Shown: positions 41,782 through 51,278 of the stretch, piece by piece | How positions within the stretch are numbered: the stretch's first letter is position 1 | How the letters are laid out: each line of letters opens with the position of its first letter | The notes under the pieces: generated by a model | What the model was told of the DNA's origin: nothing | The model's input: only the letters and a program-made list of their open reading frames with translations | Database searches by the model: none | DNA from: Candidatus Rhodoferax randersensis | GTDB lineage: Bacteria; Pseudomonadota; Gammaproteobacteria; Burkholderiales; Burkholderiaceae_C | Length of the DNA stretch: 64,000 bases | NCBI GenBank assembly: GCA_016718155.1 | Contig: JADKEH010000041.1 | Span: 16,512 to 80,511, forward strand | Direction: 5' to 3' | Position numbers and translations under genes: made by a program

Positions 41782-42597
41782 TCAGTGAACATGGCTCGCT
41801 CGCTCCACGAAGGCGATCGAGGCGTAGCCCACTACGCGGTTGCGGTCGCCGGCGGTGTCGCCGGAATTGCACAGGCCCAGCAGTTGCGGCTCCAGCTGGT
41901 GCTGACGGGCGGCCAGCAGCAAGCCGTTGACCGGCGTGCCGCCGCAGGCCTGGCTGTGCGACAGGCCTGCGTCCAGCGCCAGGATGCGGTGCACGGTCTC
42001 GTCGTCCACCGCCTGCGCTTGCGCATACGGCAGAAAGTGGGACAGGTCCGAGCTGATCACCAGCAGGGTTTCGGGTCCGCCCCACAGCACTTCGAGCACC
42101 TGCGCAACCTCGGCGGGGGTGGCATCGCCGACCGCCAGCGGAACCAGCTTGAAATCATCGAGCACGGACTGCAAGAACGGCAGTTGCACCTCCAGCGAAT
42201 GCTCCAGCGCGTGCGCCTGCGGGCTCACCACCACCTGGCGCAGGCCAGCGATGGCGGCCACGGCCTGCGCATCGATCGCAATGTCACCCAGCGGCGTGGC
42301 AAAGGCATCCACGCCGGGCAGCGCCAGGCCGCGCACCGGCACACGGTGCACCGGGCCGAGCAGCACCACGCGGCGAATCGTCTTGCGAGCGGGGGCCAGG
42401 CGCGCATAGGCCAGCGCGGCGGTGCTGCCGGAATAGACGTAGCCCGCGTGCGGCACGATGATGGCCTTGGGCACCGGGAGCGCCGAGGCCAGACCGGGCG
42501 GCACGGCGTCCAGCATGGCACGCAGGTCCCTGGACAAGGTCTGGCGCTGACCCGGATAGAAGGCGCCAGCCACCGCAGGTTGACGGATAAGGGACAT
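41782..42597 (-). CDS. amrB: AmmeMemoRadiSam system protein B (MEMO1 family)
   Basis: 271 aa from the ATG at 42597 (GGAGG RBS). MSLIRQPAVAGAFYPG…, …IIVPHAGYVYSGSTAALAY…, …HALEHSLEVQLPFLQ…. Confidence 0.86.
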   Translation of the reverse strand: MSLIRQPAVAGAFYPGQRQTLSRDLRAMLDAVPPGLASALPVPKAIIVPHAGYVYSGSTAALAYARLAPARKTIRRVVLLGPVHRVPVRGLALPGVDAFATPLGDIAIDAQAVAAIAGLRQVVVSPQAHALEHSLEVQLPFLQSVLDDFKLVPLAVGDATPAEVAQVLEVLWGGPETLLVISSDLSHFLPYAQAQAVDDETVHRILALDAGLSHSQACGGTPVNGLLLAARQHQLEPQLLGLCNSGDTAGDRNRVVGYASIAFVERASHVH

Positions 42598-42688
42598 CAA
42601 AGCCTCCGCTAGAGCAATTAGCGCACTGTAGCCCTTTCCACCAATCCGCCAAGTGGTGTCAAGGCGGCCTGGTGTCAAGGCAGCCCTC

Positions 42689-44032
42689 CTATCCAGCGGC
42701 GGCTTTGCCCGGTCGCGGCCCCCAGATGTAGGCCGTCAACTCCAGGCCGTTGGACCGCTCGAAGTCCGCAATTCTGCGGATCAGGCGCGCGTCCAGAACA
42801 TGGTCGGCCGACAGCATCAACAATCCGCTGGGCGTGGTGAGGTCGCGTGACAGCGTCATGCCGGCCTCCAGCTCGCTGGCGGGTATGGCCGATTCAACCC
42901 GGCGCTCCTTGTCGGACTCTTCCTTCGGCGCGACGCCGCCCAGCACTTCGGTAAAGGCGGTGACCACTGCGGGGTCATAACGCTTGCCGCTGCCATGCAC
43001 GATCAGGATGCGGGCCTCTTCCGCCGTGAGCTGGCGCTGCGTCAAGGTGCCAATCTGCATGTTGTCAAAGTCACTGGCCAGCGTCAGGATGCGCGTGGCC
43101 AGGGGAATGGCCTCGCCCGCCAGACGATCCGGGAAACCGGTGCCGTCAAAGCGCTCGAACTGCGCGCAAATGATGTCGGAGGCGGATCGAAGGTCCGCCA
43201 GAGGCAGCAACAGTTGCTCGGCCTGCACCGTGTGCTTGCGGTAGGCGTCCAACTGGTCCGGCTTCATCATGGCCACGGGGGTCCTGAGTAGTTCGTCGGC
43301 AAACCCCACTTTTCCGATCTCATGCAGCAGGCCGGCCACAAAAATCTCCTGCACCTGCTTGGCTTCGACTTTGAGACGAAGCGCAATCTTGCGTGCCAGG
43401 TCCGCGACCCGGCGCGAGTGTCCGGCCAGGTTGCCGCCACGCATGTCGATCAGCGTGGAGAAGACCTTGATCGAGGTGACGAAGCTGCTCTTGAGCTGTT
43501 CATTGGCGACCTGCAACTCCGCCGTGCGCGCCTGCACTTTCGACTCCAGGCTGGCGTTCAGGGCCAGCAGCTCCTCGTGCTGGGCAATCGCCAGGGCTTC
43601 AAGCCGCTTCTTCTCCAGTTCCAGCGCCTTGCGCTCAAGGGCCTGGCGCACGATCAGCACGATGTCGTTGTCGTCCCAGGGCTTGGTGATGTAGCGGTAG
43701 ATCTCGCCCCGATTGATCGCATCAATGATTGACGTGACGTCCGAGTAACCGGTCAGCAGCAGGCGCACCGTATCGGGCCAGCGCGCGCGCACCTGTTCCA
43801 GAAACTGAGCGCCGTCCATCTCCGGCATGCGCATGTCGGAGATCACCAGGTCAACCGTCTCGGTCTCCAGCAGCGCCAAGCCGGCCTTGCCGCCTTCGGC
43901 AATACGCACCTGAAAACCCTTGCCCCGAAACAGGCGACGCAACGAAGACAGGATGTTGGGTTCATCGTCGACACACAGAATCGTCGGCGCTCTGGGCTCC
44001 GACGCATCGGGGCTGGTGGGTTCGCCCGTCAT
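42689..44032 (-). CDS. Response regulator with REC + HD-GYP-type domain (divergent motifs)
   Basis: 447 aa. REC (ILCVDDEPNILSSL…VDLVISDMRMPEMDG) followed by an HD-GYP-like domain: HSRRVADLARKIA…LLHEIGKVGF…FERFDGTGFPDRL. Confidence 0.87.
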   Translation of the reverse strand: MTGEPTSPDASEPRAPTILCVDDEPNILSSLRRLFRGKGFQVRIAEGGKAGLALLETETVDLVISDMRMPEMDGAQFLEQVRARWPDTVRLLLTGYSDVTSIIDAINRGEIYRYITKPWDDNDIVLIVRQALERKALELEKKRLEALAIAQHEELLALNASLESKVQARTAELQVANEQLKSSFVTSIKVFSTLIDMRGGNLAGHSRRVADLARKIALRLKVEAKQVQEIFVAGLLHEIGKVGFADELLRTPVAMMKPDQLDAYRKHTVQAEQLLLPLADLRSASDIICAQFERFDGTGFPDRLAGEAIPLATRILTLASDFDNMQIGTLTQRQLTAEEARILIVHGSGKRYDPAVVTAFTEVLGGVAPKEESDKERRVESAIPASELEAGMTLSRDLTTPSGLLMLSADHVLDARLIRRIADFERSNGLELTAYIWGPRPGKAAAG

Positions 44033-45501
44033 GACCGGCTGGCTCCATCCGGTGCCGACTCAGTGGGCTGCAAGATGGGCAGCGTGACCCGAAACGTGGT
44101 GCCCTGACCGATCTCGGTCTTGACATCGATCGTCCCATGGTGCTTTTGCACAATGCCGTAGGACAGCGAGAGGCCCAGTCCCGTGCCCTTGCCGACCGGT
44201 TTGGTGGTGTAGAAGGGATCGAAGATGCGCGGCAACACATCCTTCGGGATACCGCTGCCGGTGTCAGCCACCTCCAGCCAGACCTTGTCGCCCGCTACGC
44301 CGGTTCGAAGCGTGATCTTGCCGCGCTCGGGGCCGCTCATCGCGTGGGCCGCATTGACCACCAGGTTCATCACCACCTGATTGATCTGCGACGGCAGGCA
44401 CTGCACCGGCGGCAGATCGGCATACTCCTTGACCACATCGGCCTTGTACTTGATTTCGTTGTTGACCACATTGAGGGTCGAGTCGATGCCCTGGGTCAGG
44501 TCAACCGACTGCCAGTCCGGGTTGGTGTCCACATGCGAGAAATCCTTCAGGTCCTGCACGATCTTGCGAACCCGGATGATCCCCTCCTTAGACTCGCGCA
44601 TGAGGATGGGGATGTCTTCCTTCAAAAAGTCAAGTTCAACGCGCTGCTTGGTGGTCTTGACCAGCTTCATCGCCTCTGGTGTGGGGTGCTCACCCTCCGC
44701 GCCTTCGTAGGCCGCAAGCATCTCGAACATGCTGGCCAGGTAGTTCTCCAAGGAGCCAAAGTTGGAAAAAATGTAGCCAATCGGGTTGTTGATTTCGTGT
44801 GCGACGCCGGCCGCAAGTTGGCCAATGGAGGCCAGCTTTTCGGACTGCACCAGATGCTCCTGGGCCGCCATCAGCTTGGAATTGAGCAAATTGAGTTCGT
44901 CGTTTCGCTTGCGCACTTCAAGTTCGGCCAGCTCCCGGCGGGTCGCATCCTCGCGCAGGGCCTGGTTGGCGCTGGCCAACTGCTCGGTGCGCTGCTCAAC
45001 CACCAGCTCCACCTCCAGTTGAGACTTCATCAACGCCGCCTCGGCAACCTTGCGTTCGGTGATGTCCTGCAGGGTCTCAATAGCACCGATCATCGTGCCA
45101 GCCGCGTCACGCAGGGGCGCTGCCGTAAAGAACAACCAGCGACCGCTTGCACCCAGCCGGGGGAAGAAGCCCTCGGCTTCGTAAGCGCCAGGCACCACCA
45201 GGGAACTGCGGTAGCTGTTTTGATACAGGTCTTCGATGATCTCGGCCATGGCGCCGTCCACAATCAGATCCGCCATCACAGGCCGTTCCGCGCCGTAAAA
45301 GAATCGACCAATTCCCTTCTTGCCGATGACTTTTTCCGCAGGAATGCCCATCGCCACCGCACAGGCCTGGTTGAAATGGGTGACCACATGGTCGGCATTG
45401 ATCACGAAGGTCGGAACCGGGCTGCCTTCAAAAAAGACAGCCGGATCCAGACCACCTACTTGAGGCGCCCTCAATGCCGGATCGGGGTTCGTGTTGTCCA
45501 A
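44029..45501 (-). CDS. PAS-domain sensor histidine kinase
   Basis: 490 aa. PAS, coiled-coil linker, H-box LAAGVAHEINNPIGYI, N/G boxes (…VVNAAHAM…, …DTGSGIP…, …GTGLGLS…). Stop overlaps the response-regulator start. Confidence 0.88.
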   Translation of the reverse strand: MDNTNPDPALRAPQVGGLDPAVFFEGSPVPTFVINADHVVTHFNQACAVAMGIPAEKVIGKKGIGRFFYGAERPVMADLIVDGAMAEIIEDLYQNSYRSSLVVPGAYEAEGFFPRLGASGRWLFFTAAPLRDAAGTMIGAIETLQDITERKVAEAALMKSQLEVELVVEQRTEQLASANQALREDATRRELAELEVRKRNDELNLLNSKLMAAQEHLVQSEKLASIGQLAAGVAHEINNPIGYIFSNFGSLENYLASMFEMLAAYEGAEGEHPTPEAMKLVKTTKQRVELDFLKEDIPILMRESKEGIIRVRKIVQDLKDFSHVDTNPDWQSVDLTQGIDSTLNVVNNEIKYKADVVKEYADLPPVQCLPSQINQVVMNLVVNAAHAMSGPERGKITLRTGVAGDKVWLEVADTGSGIPKDVLPRIFDPFYTTKPVGKGTGLGLSLSYGIVQKHHGTIDVKTEIGQGTTFRVTLPILQPTESAPDGASRS

Positions 45502-45513
45502 CGTTGCACCTTC

Positions 45514-46356
45514 CTACGCATTTAACACCAGGCTTGCACCCTCAAACTGTTTCTCGGAGTTTGCCATGATCGACAGCAGTGTGGCGTCATTCAAACCAAG
45601 CTGTTGCCAGACGGCATCGGGCACGCTTGGCACCAGGTCGTCCTCGTCGCCGGAAAGATCCAAGGCGTGGGCCAGGGCATCGGCCACCTGGATCACCAGC
45701 GTCAGCGGCTGCCCAACGGGCACGGGTTGCGCATGATGGCCGGCCACCGCCTGCTGCATCGCCAGCGGAAACTTCCAGTGCTGCGTCAGCGCCTGCCCCA
45801 CCATGGTGTGGTCAATGCCCAGCACTGCCACTTCCGCTTGCGCCAAGGTGCAATCCTGCTGCGCCCGATGCGTCATGACGCCCTCGAACTCGCGCGCAAA
45901 CTGGGTCACCAACACCAGGCGGCCAATGTCGTGTAACAGGCCGACGGTGTAGGCCTGCTCGGCGTTGAGTTTGAGGTGCGTAGCCAGCTCACGCGCGCAG
46001 ACCGCCGCCGCGATCGAGTGACGCCAGAACGGCGCAAAGCCAAAGCGCCCCGGCGCCTGGTTGGCAAAGGTGCCAATCAGCGCCGCCGTGGTGGCCACGC
46101 TGCGCACGGTGCGAAAGCCCAGGATGGCAATGGCCTCCGCTATGGTGGTGATCTGATGCGCCATGCCATAAAAAGACGAGTTCGCCAGCCGCAGCGTCTT
46201 GGCCGTCAGCGCCTGGTCCTGCGTGATCTTGGCGGCCAGGACGTCGATGTTGACGTCTTCCTGGTCCATGCTCGCAAGCAGCTCCATCACCACCGTCGGC
46301 AGCGACGGCAGCTTGTTGACGGCCGGCAGAACATCGCCCAGTGCCAGCCTTGTCAT
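45514..46356 (-). CDS. HDOD domain protein
   Basis: About 280 aa from the ATG at 46356 (GGAGG RBS; ATGA overlap with the upstream ORF stop). …LPSLPTVVMELLASMDQEDVNIDVLAAKITQDQALTAKTLRLANSSFYG…LLHDIGRLVL…. Confidence 0.85.
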   Translation of the reverse strand: MTRLALGDVLPAVNKLPSLPTVVMELLASMDQEDVNIDVLAAKITQDQALTAKTLRLANSSFYGMAHQITTIAEAIAILGFRTVRSVATTAALIGTFANQAPGRFGFAPFWRHSIAAAVCARELATHLKLNAEQAYTVGLLHDIGRLVLVTQFAREFEGVMTHRAQQDCTLAQAEVAVLGIDHTMVGQALTQHWKFPLAMQQAVAGHHAQPVPVGQPLTLVIQVADALAHALDLSGDEDDLVPSVPDAVWQQLGLNDATLLSIMANSEKQFEGASLVLNA

Positions 46357-46703
46357 GGCGCCTCCACGCCCCGGTATTGGCAAACCAGCGCAAGCAGGCG
46401 TTGCGTGCCTTCCTGGCCCTGCTGGCCCTGCTCGCCCAAGGTACGGCGAAACAAACGCGCCAGCCGCTGGCGATGGTGCGCGCGCCGCGCCGCATCTTCC
46501 AGACCCGGGTCAGGCCTGGGTGCCGAATCGTCCTGGATCCAGATTTCCTCGATGTCGCGTCGGCGCAAGGACACCATGGCGGCCTCGGTCACTTGCGCGC
46601 CAGCGGCCATCAGCACCTGGCCGCGAGCGTCCTGCAAGGCGCGCGCGAGGGTCTGGCCAACCTCGACGTCATCGAGTTTGATCAAGCGTTCTGGCGTGCT
46701 CAT
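46353..46703 (-). CDS. Small hypothetical protein, translationally coupled inside the c-di-GMP operon
   Basis: 116 aa from the ATG at 46703 (ATGA overlap with the stop of the GGDEF-EAL gene). IKLDDVEVGQTLARALQDARGQVLMAAGAQVTEAAMVSLRRRDIEEIWI resembles the short regulatory module often found N-terminal to HD-GYP/GGDEF proteins (recollection only). Confidence 0.45.
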   Translation of the reverse strand: MSTPERLIKLDDVEVGQTLARALQDARGQVLMAAGAQVTEAAMVSLRRRDIEEIWIQDDSAPRPDPGLEDAARRAHHRQRLARLFRRTLGEQGQQGQEGTQRLLALVCQYRGVEAP

Positions 46704-49700
46704 ACATCGGCCTCGGTTCGGATCAGTGTCACCAGTTTGCCCTTGGAGCGAGAACTCACCCCCATGGTATGCCAACGCAGCCGATAGCGAACATCGCCAA
46801 TCGCCAGCTCGCCCGCAGCGCCTTCCCCGGTAGCGGCTACCAGGTCGGCGATGGTCGGCAAGGCCACCGTCAGTTCATCCCCCAGCATCGGCCCGGCGCC
46901 TGCCAGCAGGCGTTCCGTGGCGTCGTTCAGGAAGGCAATCAGGCCTTCGTCGTCCACGGCCAGTACGGCCACCGGCAGGTGCTGCAAGGCTTCCCGCACG
47001 ATCGCCAGGCTGGTGTTGTCACGCTCGACTTGGTGCTGGGTCTTCTGCAGCACCACGCCGAGCTGCCGGTTGGCTGCCACCAGCTCCTGGTTGGTGCTGC
47101 GAATGCGAATGTCGAGCCGCTGGTTTTCTTCCTGCAGTTCCTTGTGCTCAAAGGCCTTGCTGATCTGCGCACGCAGTGCCTCGTCTTCCCAGGGCTTGGT
47201 GAGAAAGCGGTACACCGCCCCTTCGTTGATGGCGTCGGTGACCGACTGCAGCTCGGTGTAGCCCGACAGCACGATGCGCATCGTGTCGGGGTACAGCGAC
47301 TTAGCCGCGCGCAAAAATTCGACCCCGGTCATGCCCGGCATGCGCTGGTCGGAGATGATCACATCGACCTTGTGTTGGGACAGCAGTTCCAGCCCCTCGG
47401 GGCCGCTGTTGGCGGTCAGGATGGTATGGCCATCGCGGCGGAACAGCCGCTTGAGGGCGGCCACAATATTGGGCTCGTCGTCCACCAGCAGCAGCGTGCG
47501 TTGCTTCTTTTGCAGGCGCAGCAGGTGCGCGGGCAATTGCCGCCCTTCGGCAAACAGTTCTTCAATCGCCTGCGCGGGGACTGGGCGCGAGAAGAAGTAG
47601 CCCTGAATCTCGTCGCACACATTGGTGCGCATGATTTCGCACTGGGCCTCGGTCTCCACGCCCTCGGCAATCACGCGCAGGCCCAGGCCGTGCGCCATCG
47701 ACACAATCACCTTGACGATCACCGTGTCGCTCTGGCTGGTGGTGATGTCGCGCACAAACGACTGGTCGATCTTGACCTTGTCAAACGGAAAACGCTTGAG
47801 GTAGCTCAGCGACGAGTAGCCGGTGCCAAAGTCGTCCAGCGAGAGCTTCACGCCCAGGCCCTTCAACTCGTGTAACAGCGCCTCGCTGCGCGCCACATCG
47901 TCCATCAGCGCGCTTTCGGTCACTTCCAGGTACAACAGGGCCGGGTCCACGTTGGATGCCGCCAGCGCCGCCTTCACATGGCCAATCAGATCGGAGTCGC
48001 GGAACTGCAGGGACGACACGTTTACCGCCACGTGCGGGATCTGAATGCCTTTGTCGAGCCAGACCCGTATGTCGCGGCAAGCGCGCTCCAGCACCCACTG
48101 CCCAATGCCCTTGATCAGACCGGACTCTTCGGCCACCGGAATGAACTGCGCGGGCGACACCTGGCCCAGCTCGGGGTGGTGCCAGCGCAACAGCGCCTCC
48201 ATGCCACTGATCTGGCCGCTTTGCAAATCCACCAGCGGCTGGTAGGCCAGTTGAAACTGGTCCAGCGCGGCGGCGCTGCGCAGCGCCTTGACCATCTGGT
48301 CATGCGCCAGCACCTGCTGGTACATCTCGTCGCTGTAAAACTGCAAGCAATCGCGCCCTTTGGCCTGGGCGCGGTGCATGGCAATCTCCACCGACTTGAA
48401 CAGGCTGGCAAAGTCAGTGCCATTGCTGGGGTAGCTGGCAAGGCCGATGGAGGCGGTAGCGGGCACGCTTTGGCCCACCACTTCATAGGGCTGGGCCAGC
48501 TTCCACAGCAGTTCGTTGGCCAAATGGGCCGCGCCATCGGGCGCGGTCCCGGGCAGCACCAGCACAAACTCTTTGCCGCCCAGGCGCGCCACGGTGTCTT
48601 GCTCGCGCACCGATTCGCGCAGGCGCTTGGCCACTTCAATCAGCAAGGCGTCCCCCACCGCGTGGCCCATGGCGTCGTTGATGGCCTTGAAGTGGTCTAT
48701 GCCCAGCAGCAGCATGGTCAGCGGTTCGCCACCGCGCTGCACCATGCTGATGCTATGTTCGGTCCGGTCACGCAGCAAGGATGCATTGGGCAGCCCGGTG
48801 AGGGCATCGAACTGCGACAGCCACTGAATGCGGCTCTCGGCCGCCTTGGCGTCGCTCAGGTCGCTGAAGCTGCCAATGTAGTGGCTGATGGCGCCGGTCT
48901 TGGCGTCGCGCATGGCGGATATCGCCAGCCACTCGCAGTACAGGGTGCCGTCTTTTCGGCGGTTCCAGATTTCGCCCTCCCACTGGCCGGTGGTCTCGAT
49001 GCTGTGCCACATGGCGCGGTAGAAGGCCGCGTCTTGGCGGCCAGAGGACAACACGCGCGGGTTCTTGCCCAGCACCTCGGCCTCGGTGTAACCGGTGATC
49101 TCGGTGAAGGCCTTGTTCACCATGATGATGTTGCGGTTGGCATCGGTCATGGTGATGCCCTCGCGGCTTTGCAGGAACACGGCCGCGGCCAGGCTGAGCT
49201 TGGCCTCCCGCTCTTTTTGCTCGGTCAGGTTGGTGGTGGTGCCGCAGATGCGTGTTGGTTTGCCCGCGTCGTCGCGCTGAATGTAGCCACGCGACAGCAC
49301 CGACACGTAGTGGCCATCGTGGTGCTTAAGCCGCAATTCCATGCTGTAGCGGTCTTGCGTGCCGGCCAGCAGTGCGTCCATGGCGGCGCTCACCGGTGCC
49401 AAGTCGTCCGGGTGCACCAGACCGGGCCAACTGGCGCGGTTGGTGGGAAACTCGTTTTTGTCATAGCCCAGCATCTGGAACCAGGTGTCAGAGCGCTCGG
49501 TGGTGTCGGTCACGGGGTCCCAGTCCCACAGGCCGTCGTTGCTACCCTTGAGCACCAGGTTGAGCTGCTCTTGCGACTGGCGCAGCGCCAGCGCCGCCTC
49601 GCGCTCGGCGGTGATGTCGCGCTGCACGCCAAAAAACTCCACCACCGTGCCGTTGCTGCCCAGGATCGGGGTGATCGACAGGTCGTTCCAGAACGTGCTG

Positions 49701-50278
49701 CCGTCCTTGCGGTAGTTCAGGATGTCGCCTTGGAACGTTTGCCCGGCGTGCAGCTTTTCCCTGATCTCCTGCGCCGTTTGTTTGTTGGTTTTGTCGCCCT
49801 GCAGCACCGCGCAGTTCTTGCCAATCAGTTCGGCGCGGGTGTAGCCGGTGAGTCGCTCAAACGCCTCGTTCACAAACGTCAGCTTGCGGTCGGCATCGGC
49901 CAGGGCCACGCCTTCCTGCACTTTCTCCAGCGCCCGGTCGCGCAGCGACAGCGACTCGCGTAACAAGGCCGCCGCCTTGAGCCGCTGCTCGGTCACGTAG
50001 CAGGCCATGGCCATGCCAGAGCAGTTGAGCACCAGCAGGTAGCGCCACAACAGCGTGCTGTCATGCACCAGCAACTCATACCCAAAGCCGCGTTGCAGGG
50101 CAGCCCCCCACAGCGCCTGCACGGTGAACAGCGCCAGCACCGCAGCCGCGCCCCGGCGCTCCCGGCGCAGCGCGGCCCAGGTGACGAACAGGAACATCCA
50201 AAAACCCACCGGCTGGGGTGAGTCATGGAACCAGCCAAGAAAGACGTACTGCCCGGCCAGAAAACTAAAGACCAGCAA
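46700..50278 (-). CDS. PAS-PAS-PAS-GGDEF(degenerate)-EAL-REC-PAS signalling protein, main part (N-terminal MASE1 region is in another frame)
   Basis: 1192-aa ORF. Three PAS modules, GGKEF in place of GG[DE]EF with an RxxD I-site (REQD) 5 residues upstream, intact EAL signatures (EALLRW, DDFGTGYSSL, EGVETE, QGYFFSRP), a REC domain (LLLVDDEPNIV…VIISDQRMPGMTG) and a C-terminal PAS-like domain. Confidence 0.88.
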   Translation of the reverse strand: MLVFSFLAGQYVFLGWFHDSPQPVGFWMFLFVTWAALRRERRGAAAVLALFTVQALWGAALQRGFGYELLVHDSTLLWRYLLVLNCSGMAMACYVTEQRLKAAALLRESLSLRDRALEKVQEGVALADADRKLTFVNEAFERLTGYTRAELIGKNCAVLQGDKTNKQTAQEIREKLHAGQTFQGDILNYRKDGSTFWNDLSITPILGSNGTVVEFFGVQRDITAEREAALALRQSQEQLNLVLKGSNDGLWDWDPVTDTTERSDTWFQMLGYDKNEFPTNRASWPGLVHPDDLAPVSAAMDALLAGTQDRYSMELRLKHHDGHYVSVLSRGYIQRDDAGKPTRICGTTTNLTEQKEREAKLSLAAAVFLQSREGITMTDANRNIIMVNKAFTEITGYTEAEVLGKNPRVLSSGRQDAAFYRAMWHSIETTGQWEGEIWNRRKDGTLYCEWLAISAMRDAKTGAISHYIGSFSDLSDAKAAESRIQWLSQFDALTGLPNASLLRDRTEHSISMVQRGGEPLTMLLLGIDHFKAINDAMGHAVGDALLIEVAKRLRESVREQDTVARLGGKEFVLVLPGTAPDGAAHLANELLWKLAQPYEVVGQSVPATASIGLASYPSNGTDFASLFKSVEIAMHRAQAKGRDCLQFYSDEMYQQVLAHDQMVKALRSAAALDQFQLAYQPLVDLQSGQISGMEALLRWHHPELGQVSPAQFIPVAEESGLIKGIGQWVLERACRDIRVWLDKGIQIPHVAVNVSSLQFRDSDLIGHVKAALAASNVDPALLYLEVTESALMDDVARSEALLHELKGLGVKLSLDDFGTGYSSLSYLKRFPFDKVKIDQSFVRDITTSQSDTVIVKVIVSMAHGLGLRVIAEGVETEAQCEIMRTNVCDEIQGYFFSRPVPAQAIEELFAEGRQLPAHLLRLQKKQRTLLLVDDEPNIVAALKRLFRRDGHTILTANSGPEGLELLSQHKVDVIISDQRMPGMTGVEFLRAAKSLYPDTMRIVLSGYTELQSVTDAINEGAVYRFLTKPWEDEALRAQISKAFEHKELQEENQRLDIRIRSTNQELVAANRQLGVVLQKTQHQVERDNTSLAIVREALQHLPVAVLAVDDEGLIAFLNDATERLLAGAGPMLGDELTVALPTIADLVAATGEGAAGELAIGDVRYRLRWHTMGVSSRSKGKLVTLIRTEADV

Positions 50279-50858
50279 AGCAGACGGTCTCAGCCAGCGG
50301 TGCTGCGGGGGTCCACAGGCGTTTGATGCCGCGCCACACCAGGATCAGCGGCGTCAGCATGGCAATGCCCAGTGCCTCACCAGCCCACCAGGTGAGCACG
50401 AGGTCGAGCGGCTGTCTGCCCCCCGCCAGGCCAAACGCGGCCAGGGTCAAGGTGCCGGCCAACGCCGCCACCAGGCCGCCAACCCCGGCGGTGCACAGCA
50501 TCAGTTTGGCGTAGTCAGCCAGGCGGCGCAGGCGCCAGTCAAAACGGCTTTGGCGGTACAACAGGCAAACCCCCGCCAGCGGGCCGGACACCCCGGCCAG
50601 CAGCAGCGCCAGCGCGCTGCCGCCCGCGCCGTGGAGGAACAGCCCGGCCAGCAAAGCCCCAGCCGCAATTGGCCACACCGTCACGCGGCCCCACAAAATC
50701 AGCGCCGCCACCGCCAGGCCCGCTGCGGGGCGCAGTTGCACCACGCCGTTCAAAGCGGGAAACATCTGCTCGCGCAGCACCAGGATGCCCGCATACAGCA
50801 GCGCCAACCCGAGCAAGCCGGGCCATTTGAGCGTGTTGGAACTCCCTGATTGCTTCAT
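50265..50858 (-). CDS. MASE1-type membrane sensor domain, N-terminal fragment of the same gene (frameshift)
   Basis: 197 aa, multi-TM (…LLGLALLYAGILV…, …AAGLAVAALILWG…, …GEALGIAMLTPLILVW…). Ends …ETVCFAGL* while the hydrophobic helix continues in the next frame as LLVFSFLAGQYVFLGWF. Confidence 0.75.
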   Translation of the reverse strand: MKQSGSSNTLKWPGLLGLALLYAGILVLREQMFPALNGVVQLRPAAGLAVAALILWGRVTVWPIAAGALLAGLFLHGAGGSALALLLAGVSGPLAGVCLLYRQSRFDWRLRRLADYAKLMLCTAGVGGLVAALAGTLTLAAFGLAGGRQPLDLVLTWWAGEALGIAMLTPLILVWRGIKRLWTPAAPLAETVCFAGL

Positions 50859-50937
50859 GCTGTTAGTGGGGCGCAGTTAAGCAAGCTGCAATATACGCCG
50901 GAATTGGCATCAAGCCGGAACAGAGGCTGGCCGCCAC

Positions 50938-51210
50938 TCGTCATCGCGGCGGCCCCTTCGTCATCGCGAGGCCGCAGGCCGCGGCGATCCATGAATTCAG
51001 CAGACATGGATTGCCGCGCTTCGCTCGCAATGACGGAGTGTGTCGTTCGCAATGACGGCCCCCTTCGTCATCGCGAGGCCGCAGGCCGTGGCGATCCATG
51101 CATTCAGCGGACATAGATTGCCGCGCTGCGCTCGCAATGACGGAGTGTGCGTGCGCAATGACGAACCCCTCGTCATTGCGAGGAGGCGCAGCCGACGTGG
51201 CAATCCATCC
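50938..51210. repeat. REP-like palindromic repeat cluster 5
   Basis: Repeated TCGTCATCGCGAGGCCGCAGGCCG(C/T)GGCGATCCATG…CATGGATTGCCGCGCT(T/G)CGCTCGCAATGACGG units, ending with CGTCATTGCGAGGAGGCGCAGCCGACGTGGCAATCCAT. Confidence 0.9.
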
Positions 51211-51278
51211 CCTTGCACAGGCATTTAGCCACTCCATGCCCATGGGTCGCCCACAAGCAGCTATCAACTTCATAGCAA

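Noticed and set aside
47978-49963. 661-aa + strand ORF (with similar ones at 46769-47875 and 44137-45525).
   Set aside because: They are antisense to the GGDEF-EAL and histidine kinase genes and have mirror-frame composition.
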